Part shown: one piece after another, positions 36,721 to 49,950 of the stretch
Numbering within the stretch: the first letter of the stretch is position 1
Layout of the letters: each line of letters begins with the position of its first letter
NCBI RefSeq assembly: GCF_006345805.1
Contig: NC_043006.1
Location: forward strand, 51,708,001-51,772,000
Origin: Octopus sinensis
Lineage: Eukaryota
Reading direction: 5' to 3'
Length of the DNA stretch: 64,000 nucleotides
Notes under the pieces: generated by a model
What the model was told of the DNA's origin: nothing
Database searches by the model: none
What the model saw: the letters and a program-made list of their open reading frames with translations, nothing else
Program-made: the position numbers and the translations under genes

Positions 36721-37579
36721 TGTGTGTAAGACAGCAATTTTACTTAGCTTGACATAGCAAATTGCCACATCTTCCATCCCTTGTTATTTCCTCAGTGAGC
36801 CCCAGTATCTGAAGATCTGAAACAAACAAAAAAATAGATAGGATGTTCAGGAATAGAACATGTCAGTTTCATGAAGGCTGATGCAGGAAAAGAACAAAAC
36901 TGAGTCTATAAAATACTTTTATACATTGTTTACATTTTATATCATTGCTATAAAATTTACTCAGAAATGTTCTTGTGACTGTTCCTCCTTCCTTAAAATT
37001 CTTAGCTTTTATGCATACCCTAGGATTAGGTAATGGGTAAACATGCCAAGGTGCCCTACCAGAAACATCAAAACAGTTTTAGCAATAAAATTAGTGGTAC
37101 TTGAATCTCTTTTAACATTTTTAATATTGTTGTACTTGAGGATGGTCATCTTTTGCCAATTAAACACACACACACTACTTAGTTGATCTTCATTTTAGCT
37201 TTAGTATTATTATTTTTAGCTTATTTGTCTGTCAAAGGTCTTTTGTCACACATTCTGTGATCTCTTAAGCAACTCCTAAGGACAACATTGAATAGACAGA
37301 GCAAGAGGGGACACATGGCACAGAGAGTCATTGAGGATGTTGCAGAATATGATAAAAGAAATTTAACAGGCAAATAAACTGAAAATGATGATGATGATGA
37401 TGATGATGATGAAGAAACTAAAGAGAAGATCAAAAAATGGTGTGTGTTTAATTGGCAAAAGATTACCATTCCTAAATATAGCAATATCTGTTTCAATCTT
37501 GCCAAACAAATACATAAAACATTAAAAAAAAAAAACAGTTTTAATATTTTCTCTTTCAATTCTTTTTGTTGTTCTTTAG

Positions 37580-37749
37580 TATCCTTGCTGAAATCTTCGA
37601 TCTCACTAATTATGAGGAAGATCTCCAAGAAGAGATTCTGCTTCACTTGTATGTATATGCTATACAATATGCAAGGGATAAAGAATTCTCAACTAGACAG
37701 TTGTCTGTTTATTTTTCAATTGTGAAAGATGTTCATGAATTCTGTGTGG
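37580..37749 (+). CDS. CFAP119: CFAP119-like coding exon (ILAEIFDLTNYEEDLQEEILLHLYVYAIQYARDKEFSTRQLSVYFSIVKDVHEFCV), phase 2 to 1
   Basis: ctttag acceptor, G|gtaagt donor; resembles the C1a-32/CLAMP helix region as recalled from vertebrate CFAP119. Confidence 0.85.
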
Positions 37750-38249
37750 GTAAGTCTATTTTATTTTATCTGTTTATGTCTTTTAGTCACTTTGGTTTTG
37801 ATGTTGTTATCGACAATTTCTAGACAGAGATTCTGTTGGATATTAATGTATGACAAAGTTGGTCAATTATATATTATGGAAACGATAGTTCTTGTATCAA
37901 AGATATGTTAGGGATACCACATACTTAGTTCCAGTACTAGAGAATATATTAGGGACCATCATACACAGTCTCAGTACCACAAATATATTAGGGGTCACCA
38001 GATTCAGTATCACAAATATGTTAGGAAGTAACATGCACATGTGCATGTGTGTGCGCATGCACACAACACATGCAGGGTCCCTACATTACAGATATGTTTC
38101 GGTTTTATCTGATACCATATCATATAATCCATAGTATATGATCTGGCAATTTTACTCTTCACTGTTTACATGTATAAGTTCTAATATCATGTTGCTACCT
38201 TCTGAGTAGATGATCATCATAAATCAACTGCAGTGCCACTGGACTGGCT

Positions 38250-38490
38250 CTTGTAAAAAGCACCATTTGAGCATGGCTGTTGCCAGTACTGCCTGACTGG
38301 CCCGCGTGCCGGTGGCATCACCCACTACATTCTCTCAGAGTAGTTGGCATTAGGAAGGGCATCCAGCTGGAGAAACTCTGCCAGATCAGATTGGAGCCTG
38401 GTGCAGCCATCTAGTTCGCCAGTCCTCAGACAAATTGTCCGACCCATGCTAGCATGGAAAGCGGATGTTAAACGATGATGTTGATGATAA
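38250..38490 (+). mobile_element. RTE LINE 3' UTR fragment with (GAT)n tail
   Basis: ggaagggcatccagctg...gccagatcaga.tggagcctggtgcag...gttaaacgatgatg. Confidence 0.8.
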
Positions 38491-39106
38491 TTGCTTTGAT
38501 AATTAGATATTTGCCTGAGGTATTTTCCTACATAAACTACATAGTTATTGAACTCACAATCTGTCAATATATGTCTAGTCAATCTCATTATATTATGTAT
38601 ACACAGTGTAGGACAGTATCAAAATCCCTTGCCTGCTGCAGTATTAGTTAACATAACAACAGGATGCTTATTTGTATAGTATAGGACTATGTGTACACAA
38701 TATAGGACACTATATCGATATAGTATAGAATACTGTATGTCCCATATTTGATGGCTTATAACCCACGCTTAAAGTAATTGTTTCAGAGAGTCAACAATAA
38801 ACACTAGGTCATGGTTTGGATTTCTGATAAGTGGTGGTTTAGGTGCTGCAAACATCTTTTTTACAAAACTGTTTTCTAGAATTGTTACTAGGTTTTTTAC
38901 AAGGTAACAACATGTAGCAATAGCACTTCGTATGAATGATATCTGTCAGATGGAAAATTATACCGCAATACTTGACCATATACATTAACATAGCAATCAG
39001 TTGTATACTAAACACCATGTCTCATGTTTGTTATACTGTGTTGCATTCATTTGAAACCAACAACTATTGAGGTAAAGCACCTTAATAAAAATTAAATTTT
39101 CAGTGT

Positions 39107-39545
39107 AAGAGTGGCTGTGTGGTAAGTAGCTTGCTTACCAACCACATGGGTCCGGGTTCAGTCCCACTGCGTGGCACCTTGGGCAAGTGTCTTCTATAGC
39201 CTCGGGCCAACCAAAGCCTTGTGAGTGGATTTGGTAGATGGAAACTGAAAGTGGCCTGTTGTATATATGTGTATATACGATGGGCCTCTTTCAGTTTATA
39301 TATATATATGTATATGTATGTGTGTGTGTATATGTTTGTGTGTCTGTGTTTGTCCCCCCAACATTGCTTGACAACTGATGCTGGTGTGTTTACGTCCCTT
39401 TAACTTAGCAGTTCAGCAAAAGAGACTGATAGGATAAGTACTAGGCTTACAAAGAATAAGTCCTGGTGTCACTTTGCTTGACTAAAGGCCGTGCTCCAGC
39501 ATGGCCATAGTCAAATGACTGAAACAAGTAAAAGAGTAAAAGTGT
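39107..39545 (+). mobile_element. tRNA-derived SINE (type B), full-length
   Basis: A/B boxes, CORE-like CCTTGGGCAAGTG, internal (TA/TG)n, 3' gaaacaagtaaaagagtaaaag. Confidence 0.88.
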
Positions 39546-40702
39546 GATGGACTCTCCTGTCAAAGATGACGTATGAGTGTTCAGTGTTTACTGAACAACC
39601 TGCACAAATGATATGTTTATAGTGATTAAATGTTTTTGCTGTACATTAGCTCATTCTCTCCATCAAATACCCATTGCCTGTACAGGTACATAAGTGCGTT
39701 ATGTGTCAGGTGTTGAAATGATTGCAGAGCAATGTGAAATGAAGTGTTTTAGCTCAAGAGTACAATGCACCGCTTAGTCCAGGAATTGAAACCATGATCT
39801 AGCAATTGTGATTGCAACACCCAAACCATTAGGCTATGTGCCTTCAGTATAACGTTTATTTAATTGATACAAACAGACTGCTTTTGGTTGAATAGTCATT
39901 CTAATTTGATGATATAAGACACCTAATCTAGTATAATATGACATAATGTAATGTTATACAATGCTGGTTAACAATTAATTTAAAATGGTGATATTTATAT
40001 AAAATTAAAGTAACTTTATATTTTAAATTTTACTTTTACTCGTAATTAGAGTACTTTTGAGACAAAAATTCCAGCTATCAATAAATAAAAGATAACTATC
40101 ATTAAATAAATGTTTTTATGAAATCAATCTAGATTAATGATTGTTTCAGAATTTAATTGACTTACACATATTGGTGTATTTCAATAAAAAATATATTAAA
40201 GGAGTTAATTTTTTTTTTTTTGGAAATAGGATTTCCTAATGATGTGAATTTTGAAATAAGTTGATTGTGGGGAATAGTTACAAATGTCAAGTGAAAACAG
40301 GATTTTAAAATTTCTTCAAAGGTGAAATCAGCCTATCTGGTCTACGTCTAATTTAGAAAAAACAACCTCCAACACTTAATATTTATATTTTAAGTCAACC
40401 AATACAATTTTTCTAACCATGTTCATTTGGTCTACATAAAACAAAACTACCAACACTTAACATTTAAACTAAGTATAATTTCACTAATAACGTTTAGTGA
40501 AACACATCCAGCATTTAGAGTCTAATCTAAAGAAAAAATTGCACCAAAAATGTTTATTTTATATAGTTTAAACAAGAACAACCAATTATTAAATTTTAAG
40601 TTAAACAATACAATGTCATTTACTATTTAATTTCATAGCAACAAATCATTTTAATATGTCAAGACATTGCACTTCATCCAAAATCTATTTTATCCTTTTC
40701 AG

Positions 40703-40773
40703 AAAACTCCTTTGTTAGAATCGAAGAAACGTTCGACTATTTTGAAGATCTCCTCATCCGTCATTGTATCCTC
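40703..40773 (+). CDS. CFAP119: CFAP119-like coding exon (ENSFVRIEETFDYFEDLLIRHCIL), phase 1 to 0
   Basis: ccttttcag acceptor, gtaagt donor; phases consistent. Confidence 0.85.
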
Positions 40774-40924
40774 GTAAGTTAAGCTCCCACTAATATCTGT
40801 CATACTATAACATTTCCTCTAATACAAATCATACAGTCTATGACACTCCTCAATTATGTCACTTTATCTATGACACTCCTCATAGCTTAAATACTTCTAA
40901 CACACTCTTTAACATATGTTACTC

Positions 40925-41129
40925 TCTTTTACTCTTTTACTTTTTCAGTCATTTGACTGTGGCCATGCTGCAGCACTGCCTTTAGTCAAGCAAATCGACC
41001 CCAGGACTTATTCTTTGTAAGCTTATTACTTATTCTATTGGTCTCTTTTGCCGAACCGCTAAATTATGGGGATATAAACACACCAGCATCGGTTGTCAAG
41101 CAATGTTGGGGGGACAAACACAGACACAG

Positions 41130-41164
<35 letters not shown>

Positions 41165-41305
41165 CAATGGGCTCCTTTCAGTTTCCATCTACCAAATCCA
41201 CTCACAAGGCTTTGGTCGGCCCGAGGCTATAGTAGAAGACACTTGCCCAAGGTGCCACGCAGACTGAACCCGGAACCATGTGGTTCGTAAGCAAGCTACT
41301 TACCA
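40925..41305 (-). mobile_element. tRNA-derived SINE (type B), reverse orientation
   Basis: Reverse complement of the 39107-39545 family. Confidence 0.88.
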
Positions 41306-41514
41306 CAAACTTCTTCTCATGTCGCTTATATTCCCTATGACACACTCTCTACTATATGTCACAGTGTCCGATTAGTTACACTCTCCTTACTGTATGCCAC
41401 ACTACCGATGTCAGTTGCACATTGTTTATGACATGTCCCTTATATATGTCACAGTATACGTAGAAAATAATATATTTTGCATTATCTGTGACTTCTCTAA
41501 TACAAGGCCCACAC

Positions 41515-41740
41515 ACACATATATGTATGTGTGCATGTATGACTGTGTGTCTGTGTCTCACCAACATTGTTTGACAACCAATGCTGGTGTGTTTATGTCC
41601 CTGTAACTTTGTGGTTTGGCAAAAAGAGACTGATAGAATAAGCACTAGACTTACAAAGAATAAGTCCTGGAGTCAATTTGCTCAACTAAAGGTGGTGCTT
41701 CAGCAAATGACTGAAACAAGTAAAAGGATAAAAGAATAAA
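41515..41740 (+). mobile_element. SINE type B, 3' half
   Basis: ttgacaacc.atgctggtgtgttta...acaaagaataagtcctgg. Confidence 0.8.
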
Positions 41741-42399
41741 ATGATCATAGTGATGATGATGATGTGTCCAATTAACACCTGCATTTGTATATGTTTTTAC
41801 TATGTTACTCTGTACTGCCTTCTAAAATGTTTATATATTCTGAGACGTAACTGCTGCTTTGCTGATCTATTTTATGTATGTCTCTATATATTGGAATATT
41901 AAAGAATATTAAATAATAAGTGACTTTTCCTTTTAACATATTAATTAGATACTGCCTGGATTATTCATTCTCTGATTTGATTAAAAATCAACTAAAATGA
42001 CATGTTTCTTGTGTTTTGTCCTGGTTTAATGACAGGTGTTGTATCTGAGTCAAACTGTGCATTGTTATTTTGTCAGGAAAATTAGTCTTCATTAGACAAG
42101 TTCCATTGATCTTCCATTTGTTCACTTAATATCGTTTGGCTGAAATAATCCTAGTTTTCTTTGTATCTCTCTTCATTTTCTTTCTTTCTACCACTATCTT
42201 TGCTACTTGTCTTTGTAGTCTTGTACTTTGTCTTGTGTATTTGTGTTTTTCTTGTGATAAACACACATTTCTCAAAACATGGTGTATAGTCTTTGGCAGA
42301 CAAAATTTCTCTAAAGATTTTCGATACTGATCCTGCTTGAGTAATTGTGTCACCTCTGTTCAGACAGCAGACAAGTTCTTTCATCCTTATATGGTATTT

Positions 42400-43000
42400 C
42401 AGACTTTGTGAACATTTAGAATCTGATACCCCTTTTTGCTTCTTTCTTGCAGAATTAAAGATTGGTTTACTCTGACCTGGTGAAGTCGAATAGGCTGTTG
42501 CATAAATTTGAAGTTGTTGTTGCAGGGATTAAATGTCTTGTGAACTTTTATAATCACATCTCAATACTTGGTCATCACAAGGGTGTTGCCTATGTTTTTT
42601 CAGTGCAGTGTGAGGAACCATCTGTAGTTGCAATGCTGCATGTTCCATATTGTTCAGTGCAAGGGATCTAAGATCTCACAGAATTTGTATCCAATTGGAA
42701 GGCTACTGGATTGTTAGCAGATGTAAAGAACATGTTAGCAGCACAGAACTCCAGAATGAAGATGTGGCTTGTTGAGGGGAAGTCTACTGCAAATCTGTGT
42801 TCTCTTTCCAGCTGTGGCTGGACAATTTTATATCTTCTGTTGGTGATATTCTAGTTTACATGGAGTTAATGCCTCTTGTGGAGAACTATCAGTTGTCAAC
42901 ACTTTCCAGAGGTACTGTTGTGATTTTAAAGAGAGTTTTGAGTAGCCATGTAAGGAACTACTCTGATTTTCAGTGTGAGGATTTGTAGCATGTGATGATC
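42400..43000 (-). pseudogene. Highly degenerate LINE endonuclease (APE, RTE-like) remnant
   Basis: Minus-strand LEFCAANMF-like motif with many stops. Confidence 0.4.
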
Positions 43001-43196
43001 AGGTGTATTTTGAGTCATCCTAGATAATGAGGGATATTTTGTGGTGGAGAGGGAGGAAGGGTTATACGCTATAAAATCTTAAGATAGATGAATAATGTGC
43101 CAGGAAGCTTTTGTATATGTTACTGTTGAGTTGCCTGTTTGCCTCCCTACAGGTCATTATTCTGGTTCCTCACAATGTTAGTAAGTGTATGCATAT

Positions 43197-43415
43197 ATCA
43201 TCATCATCATTTAACGTCTGCTTTCCATGCTTGCATGGGTTAGACAATTTGACTGAGGACTAGTGAACCAGATGACTGTACCAGACTCCAATCTGATCTG
43301 GCAGAGTTTCTACAGCTGGATGCCCTTCCTAATGCCAACCACTCTGAGAGTGTAGTGGGTGCTTTTACATTCCACCAGCATGAGGGTCAGTCAGGCAGTA
43401 CTGGCAACGGTCATG
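43197..43415 (-). mobile_element. RTE LINE 3' UTR fragment
   Basis: (CAT)n tttaacgtc.gctttccatg...ctggatgcccttcc. Confidence 0.8.
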
Positions 43416-43480
43416 CTCAAATGGGGCTTTATATATATATATACACACATATACATATACACATATATATACATATACAC

Positions 43481-43514
<34 letters not shown>

Positions 43515-43736
43515 TTCGTTTTTGTAATTGGTTTGCGAGATTTTTATGTGAATTTGTGTTGAGGCATATTTCACAAAACAACTATTGAAGAGGTTGCAAG
43601 AAGCAATGAAAATTTTTTAGCCAAAATAAATATATATGAATGGAAATCGAACTGGTGAGTGTGTTAATTAATAAGGCTTTAAAACAGAATGAAATGACTC
43701 TCCCCAGACATAATATGTATATATATATGTGTGTGT

Positions 43737-43985
43737 GTGGAGGCATGTGGCTTAGTGGTTAGGGTGTCAGAACCATGATCGTAAGATTGCGGTTTCAATT
43801 CCTGGAGCGGGCAATGCATTGTGTTCTTGAGCAAAACATTTCATTTCACATTGCTCCAGTCCACTCAGACGGCAAAAATGAGTAACGCTGTGATGGACTG
43901 GCGTCCCGTCCAGCTGGGGAACACATACGCCATAGAAACCAGGAAACCGGGCCCATGAGCATGGCTAGACTTTAAAAAGGCCGCA
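43737..43985 (+). mobile_element. tRNA-derived SINE (type D)
   Basis: A-box TGGCTTAGTGG, B-box-like GGTTTCAATTCC, tgtgttcttgagcaa core. Confidence 0.85.
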
Positions 43986-43995
43986 TTTATTTATT

Positions 43996-44035
<40 letters not shown>

Positions 44036-44823
44036 ATAATGTTTTTATTCTTTCATAATTGGTTAATGGATTCCTTGGTTAACTGGTTGTTGGATTGCTT
44101 ATATATCAACTATGCAGCTTTCAGAATGTTTTAGCAAAATTAGCCCCTTAACCTGACATGCCTATCATACAAGAAAGGTATTGGTTTCTCATCAGTGATA
44201 TTATATCCACAGCATATTATAGGCTATTATCAAGATGGTGATCCTATATTCTGTGTACCTGTAAAATATTATGAATGCTGGTCCTTTATGGAACACTGTA
44301 AATTCCTTTTCAATGAGTGTTCCAATTATGTCCATAACTTCTTGGTTGTATTTTATAATGATGGTTATCAAATACCTTTTTGTTACCTGTGTTTGCATTA
44401 TCATTTCTATTTGTGTGAGTTGCATTGTGTATAGTGTATGATCTATAGAAAAGTGCTTGAACTTGTTGGATCTTATCTGGTGGTTGCTTGCTACTTAGCT
44501 AACAGAGTATATTAGATGTAGATTAGCTGGATGTTGGAAAATAGCTAATTTGGCAATTTTTCTGCTGATGTATATGTTTTACTATTTATGAGTGTCCTCT
44601 AATATATTAATTACACATAATATATAAATTACATATAACACTTTCTTTCTGAGACATATCACAGTCATTGTATAAATTGATTGGATTACATAACCCTTGG
44701 CACACCCTATCTGTTTTAAGAAACAGGATGACTGCAATCCGACCCCATCTGAGCATAAAGAGGATCAGGTTTTACTAAACAGCAATAACTGACTGCTATT
44801 TATTTATTGGTTTGTATTTCTAG

Positions 44824-44940
44824 CGTCCAGCATTTAGCATGGAACTGTTTTCAATACCAGAAGCAAAAAAAATAGCCTTCCACATGGTTGACACATATTT
44901 TAGACACTTTAAACTTTACAAGTATGCATTCACTCCTCAG
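44824..44940 (+). CDS. CFAP119: CFAP119-like coding exon (RPAFSMELFSIPEAKKIAFHMVDTYFRHFKLYKYAFTPQ), phase 0 to 0
   Basis: ttctag acceptor, CAG|gtaagt donor; TYFRHFKLYKY.FTPQ is the family signature. Confidence 0.92.
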
Positions 44941-45082
44941 GTAAGTCTGTTCTCTTTATGTATTGATCTCTTCTAAATCACTCTAATTTGTTCCCTACTA
45001 TGGCAAGATATGAAGAGATATGTCTATTTGGCCTACTATATACTTCAGGCTAGAGATTCAAATTTCATTTTGAAAGTGATTC

Positions 45083-45119
<37 letters not shown>

Positions 45120-45239
45120 CTTATAATTCTGTTTCAGTCTGCATACATATTTAAAAGTGTATATGTATATATATACCTGCACACACATCTATATACTCAC
45201 ACATATATACATATACATACACACATGTACTGCTGTGAG

Positions 45240-45572
45240 CCCCATCGGTCATGACAGACCATGCAATTGCACCTAGAAAGTTACCCTCCCAAGCACAAGT
45301 CCGGGCAAGGTTGTTTATAGAAGACCAGCAGTCGCCCATGCATACCGGCCTCCCCTCTCCACGCCACCAGTGTTATCTAAGGGAAAGGCAATGGCTGATA
45401 CAGCTTGGCACCTGTGACGTCGCAACTCATTTCTGCAGCTGAGTGAACTGGAGCAACATGAAATAAAGTGTCTTGCTCAAGAACACAACACGCAGCCCAG
45501 TCCGGGATTCGAGCTCACAACATCACGATCGTAAGCTTGACGCTCTAACCACTGAGCCATGCACCTTCACAC
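45240..45572 (-). mobile_element. tRNA-derived SINE (type D-related), reverse orientation
   Basis: Minus strand TGGCTCAGTGG, GCTCGAATCC, tgtgttcttgagcaagacac. Confidence 0.85.
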
Positions 45573-45613
45573 ATATATATACTCACACATATATGCATAT
45601 ACATACACACATG

Positions 45614-45651
<38 letters not shown>

Positions 45652-45959
45652 AATGCATACATACACAGTTTCTCCACATCTTAGCTTCTCTCTCTCACCA
45701 CTATCTGAAGAAGGAAAATGTCTGAAATGTTTTTTCAGTTAATTCTTCTATAAGCATCAAACTAATATTACTAATTGTGAACTTATCCTGTTTTGTTGTT
45801 GTGCTTGTATTATTAGTTGTTGTTTGCCATATGGCATATGGCAAAGAATATATATAATGGTGCTTTTTATATATATTCTTTGCCTTATACTTATATATTG
45901 TTGTGTATACACAAATATATGCATGTATGATTCCTGTAGATATAGTTTTGAATTACGTT

Positions 45960-46135
45960 GAAGAGTCTGTAAGGTGGCTTACTCTGCAAGGTTGATGTTA
46001 GAAAGGGCATCCAACCATAAAAACCTTGCCAAAACAGACAATGAAGCCTAATGCGGTCTTCTGCCCAGCCAACCCTTGTCAAACTGTCAAACCCTGTCAG
46101 AATGGAAAATGGACATTAAATGATGATGATGATGG
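45960..46135 (+). mobile_element. RTE-type 3' fragment with (GAT)n tail
   Basis: aagggcatccaacc...atggaaaatggacattaaatgatgatgat. Confidence 0.7.
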
Positions 46136-46204
46136 CAGCACACACACACATACACACACACATACGCACGCACACACACACACGCACACACATACACATG
46201 CACA

Positions 46205-47090
46205 CAGAGTATTTGAGCTAAATTTGATGACTCATGTCTCTTTGTTTCAGGAACAGCTTGATATATTGGTAACTAGTCAATGGTGTTGGAGAGCATAAAG
46301 GTTAAAATTGTAGTTGAGAAAAAGTTACCTGACATGGAGGCCTGGAATCCATCTGAATATGGAAAAATGTATCATGATAATCTGCGCTGGATATCATGAC
46401 TGTTGCTCAATGTTCTGTGAACACTGTAAAGGTTGTAAGATGTGACATGGACAACTGCAACAGAGACTACAAAGCTATTGTCTGCAAGAAGGGACACAGC
46501 TGGTGTTCTTACTTTGTCTGTATGTTGAAACTCATCTAATAACTGATGAACAGTGCCTTAGGCTCAATTCAGATGGCTATGTGAAGCTGCTAGAGACTGT
46601 GGTCAGACCCTGGTTGGAGGGGGTTGCTGCTGGAAGGTATGCCTATGGAAGCAGGATTCACCACCTTACTGTAGCTCTGGAAAGGGTCAGAAGCGGTTGT
46701 CAGAGAACTTCTATAACTTCTTCAGCCCTAATTTCTGGCCTCCTAATTCCTTCATATAATCCATCATATGGATTATGATGCCCTTGATTACTATGTGTGG
46801 GGCACAGTTGAGAAAGATATCAACTACTGTGACTGCAACAGCAAGGCTCAGATCAATGACATGTTTCGAAGACCTTCTCAGAGGCACTATGAGAAATGCA
46901 TGTGCAAGGTTCCAGAGCTGTCTTGAGGCTGTGATGGAAGTTGAGGGTAGCTATTTTGAGTAAACAGTTATCTCCCTGCCATAATCTATCTGATATCTTT
47001 TGATTTTTTAAAAACACCTTTATATTTGGATGGGATATTGTATTTTCCTTTCCTTCTATGCAAACTGTCAAATTTATCCTGTACACCCTG
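46205..47090 (+). mobile_element. Degenerate Tc1/mariner-superfamily element, maT (DD37D)-like
   Basis: LRLNSDGYVKLLETVVRPWL, NFWPPNS, LDYYVWG, CLEAVMEVEGSYFE; imperfect TIRs CAG.GT....TAAATTTGA. Confidence 0.8.
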
Positions 47091-47095
47091 TGTGA

Positions 47096-47140
<45 letters not shown>

Positions 47141-47217
47141 AGAAGGTTTGGAGATAATGTACAGGTATTTTATATTAGAAGAAATGAGATACTCAGAAAT
47201 TCGAATGGTTTTATATT

Positions 47218-47427
47218 TACAGATATTTATTTGTATATTAAATGTTTTTATACATCATATATCATATCTCATATATTAGCACTTTCGTCCATTCTAGTGG
47301 AGTTGTCAAATTGAACTGTAAGAACTTAGTTCAATTTGACAACTCCGCTAGAATGGACGAAAGCGCTAATATATGATATATGATATATGATGTATAAAAA
47401 CACGTAATATACAAATAAATATCTGTA
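47218..47427. repeat. Long palindrome: 100-bp arms, 10-nt loop
   Basis: Arms 47218-47317 and 47328-47427; 95/100 complementary by hand count. Confidence 0.95.
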
Positions 47428-47514
47428 TATATATATATTTGTGATTTATGTATTTGTTTCCACAGCACAGATGTTAATTTATGAATATTTTGTTGATCAC
47501 TTTACCAATATTAG

Positions 47515-47572
47515 GTATTGCTGGATTTAGTTTTGAGCTACGTTGGGGAGACTACCTCTGCTGCAACCCAAG
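47515..47572 (+). CDS. CFAP119: CFAP119-like coding exon (VLLDLVLSYVGETTSAATQ), phase 0 to 1
   Basis: ttag acceptor, G|gtaaat donor; follows FTPQ as a V.LDL.L.Y.G motif. Confidence 0.82.
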
Positions 47573-48409
47573 GTAAATGGCAATTGCTTATGTTTTCTCC
47601 GTAGTCATATGTGATGCATGATTCTACAAATTTATACAACAATAGAAATTATACCTTTATAATGCTTTGTAGTTAACTATGAAATGTTGATATGCATAGA
47701 TAATTTTTCTCAGACTGAAGCCTCAGAACTCACCTCAGCTCATGATATAGTGGTTTATATAATTTTATAAATACTATTTATTTAGTTTTTGTTGATGTAA
47801 CCTATCATTGGTTTCCTCTATGAAATGATAAGCCTTCATGAAATATATCAGAGTTGTGTATTTAAGAATGGTCAATGTGTTGGTTCCTCTTTTATGCCTT
47901 AATCAGTGGAAGGATGGCACAAATGACAAGCTGTAGAGCCTCTAAGACTGGTAGGAAGTGTAAGAATAAATAATAACTCATGGGTTGCTATACTAATATG
48001 CCTTAACTCAGTAATGCAACTTTTGTAAATTTAGTTAACTAGTGAGCAAAAGATATTATTTTGTATAACAAGTATTCTCACCTTTCAAACTGCAGTCAGT
48101 AATTTTGGTCCTTGCTAAAAGATTCTTCTCCAACTTTGTGGTGTTCTCTTTTCTTCCTCTTCTAAACAATGATGTCTTTACAATCAGTACTACTATGGAG
48201 AAAGCCTCTATTTTTGTGCTTGCTTTGCATCTAACTCCACACTACATGCCTTAGCCATTCTTCTCCAGATGCTTGAAGCAAACGAGGTCACTTACCCGGA
48301 CAACTTATCTTTCATTACACTTAAGTGTAGCACCCCAAAACTTATCTCTTATACTCCCCAAACTCTACAATACAATCTCTCACTCTGTATGAAGATATAC
48401 TCTGACATT

Positions 48410-48645
48410 TGTGAAGGTGGCGAGCTGGCAGAAACATTAGTATACCAGGCAAAATGCTTTGCGGTATTTTGTCTGCCGTTACGTTCTGAGTTTAAATTCC
48501 ACCGAGGTCAACTTTGCCTTTCATCTTTTTGAGGTCGATAAATTAAGTACCAGTTACGCACTGGGGTCGATATAATCGACTTAATCCGTTTGTCTAACCT
48601 TGTTTGTCTCCTCTGTGTTTAGTCCCTTGTGGGTAGTAAAGAAGT
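48410..48645 (+). mobile_element. tRNA-derived SINE (type C)
   Basis: gagctggcagaaac...ctgagtttaaattcc...tttcatc. Confidence 0.75.
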
Positions 48646-48679
48646 AGATATACTCTGACATTTGAAGCACAACTCAGCG

Positions 48680-49950
48680 TGTCCCATTTTAAAGAAAGGC
48701 AACCCCTTCGATCCAGCCGACTTAGGCAACAGAGATTGCCATTAATTTTGATGTTCTCCAACACCTTGAATATCTTCCCATCCTAAGTGGCCACCAGCTT
48801 AGCTCCCACAGACCCAGACTTAGTGGTGACCCACTTTCTTATGTCACATATCAGTGATTTCTCGGTTTAGAGGAGAAGTTTAGAAAAAGCAATGTTGTCG
48901 TCCTAGACATCAGTAATGCCTTCAGACATGTCTGACATGAAACTGGTATGAAAATCTCATATCAGAACATCCTACTTACGGGTTCCACCCATCTCTCATA
49001 TCTTGAATCAACAACTTCCTATTAGATTGCACCATTACAGCATGTTTTGATGGAGCTCTTTCTTTCTTTCTCTCAATCAACTCTGATGTTGCTCAGAGTT
49101 CTGTTTTGTTCCCAACTCTCTTCTTTCTATACTTCAATGACCCTTTTGCTGTTGCATCCACCAATAGCCACTTTTATGTAGGTGACATCACTTCATTCTT
49201 CCTTCATTTTCTGCAGCCATTTATCATCCACGCAGCCTAGATATCACACACCAAATCTGTATTGATTCTGTAAATAGTCACTGTAAGAGAATCCTTCAGG
49301 GAGGTGATGCCAACCTTGTTTCTTTTAACAGCAAAAAACTCAAGCACTACTCATATCCTGAAAATACCACTGCTCTTTCCCCACCCACTAAATTTGAATG
49401 ATACTCAGCTTCAGGCCTCACAGTTGCTGCAAATACTGGGTCTCACTATCACAGAGGATCTTTCCTGGGGAAATACATTAGCATAGCTTGGACAGTCTCA
49501 CATTTCTCTTTAAGGCTAGAAAATATTTCAACTCCCAATAGCTGGTGAAGTCCACAATGGAGGGCTACTCCTATGTCCAGGATGATGTTTGCTGCTACTA
49601 TGCGCACCAGACAGTAACCAGTGAAGTGCTACTTTGACTAGTTGGCATTCAATCACTTATGGACATGCATCAGCCTCTGGTAGATATACTGTCTTTTCTC
49701 TTTGTGCTTTCTGTCTCTACTGCAATGGCCTATGTTGTTTCTTGGAGCTACCTGATTTTGTATACCACCACCACTCAGCTCCACCTCTGACTCATTCTTT
49801 TTTTTTCCATCACCACTCATGCTTGGTGTGCCCAACCACTTCAGTTCTACACTAATCATTATGTCCAGCCCTTTCTCCCAAGAATATTGACTCTCTGGAA
49901 TCTTCTCCTTGCTTGTGTCATTCCCATAGGAGTTGACCTGCTAAAGTTTA
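48680..49950 (+). pseudogene. Highly degenerate non-LTR reverse transcriptase remnant
   Basis: LDISNAF, VAQSSVLFPTLF and LQILGLTITEDLSW remnants with many frameshifts. Confidence 0.6.

Noticed and set aside
39107-39180. tRNA genes at the A/B-box heads (also 36350, 43737, 45500) and the tRNA-Trp match at 12315
   Set aside because: The heads continue into SINE bodies without an acceptor stem, and 12315-12335 is a primer binding site
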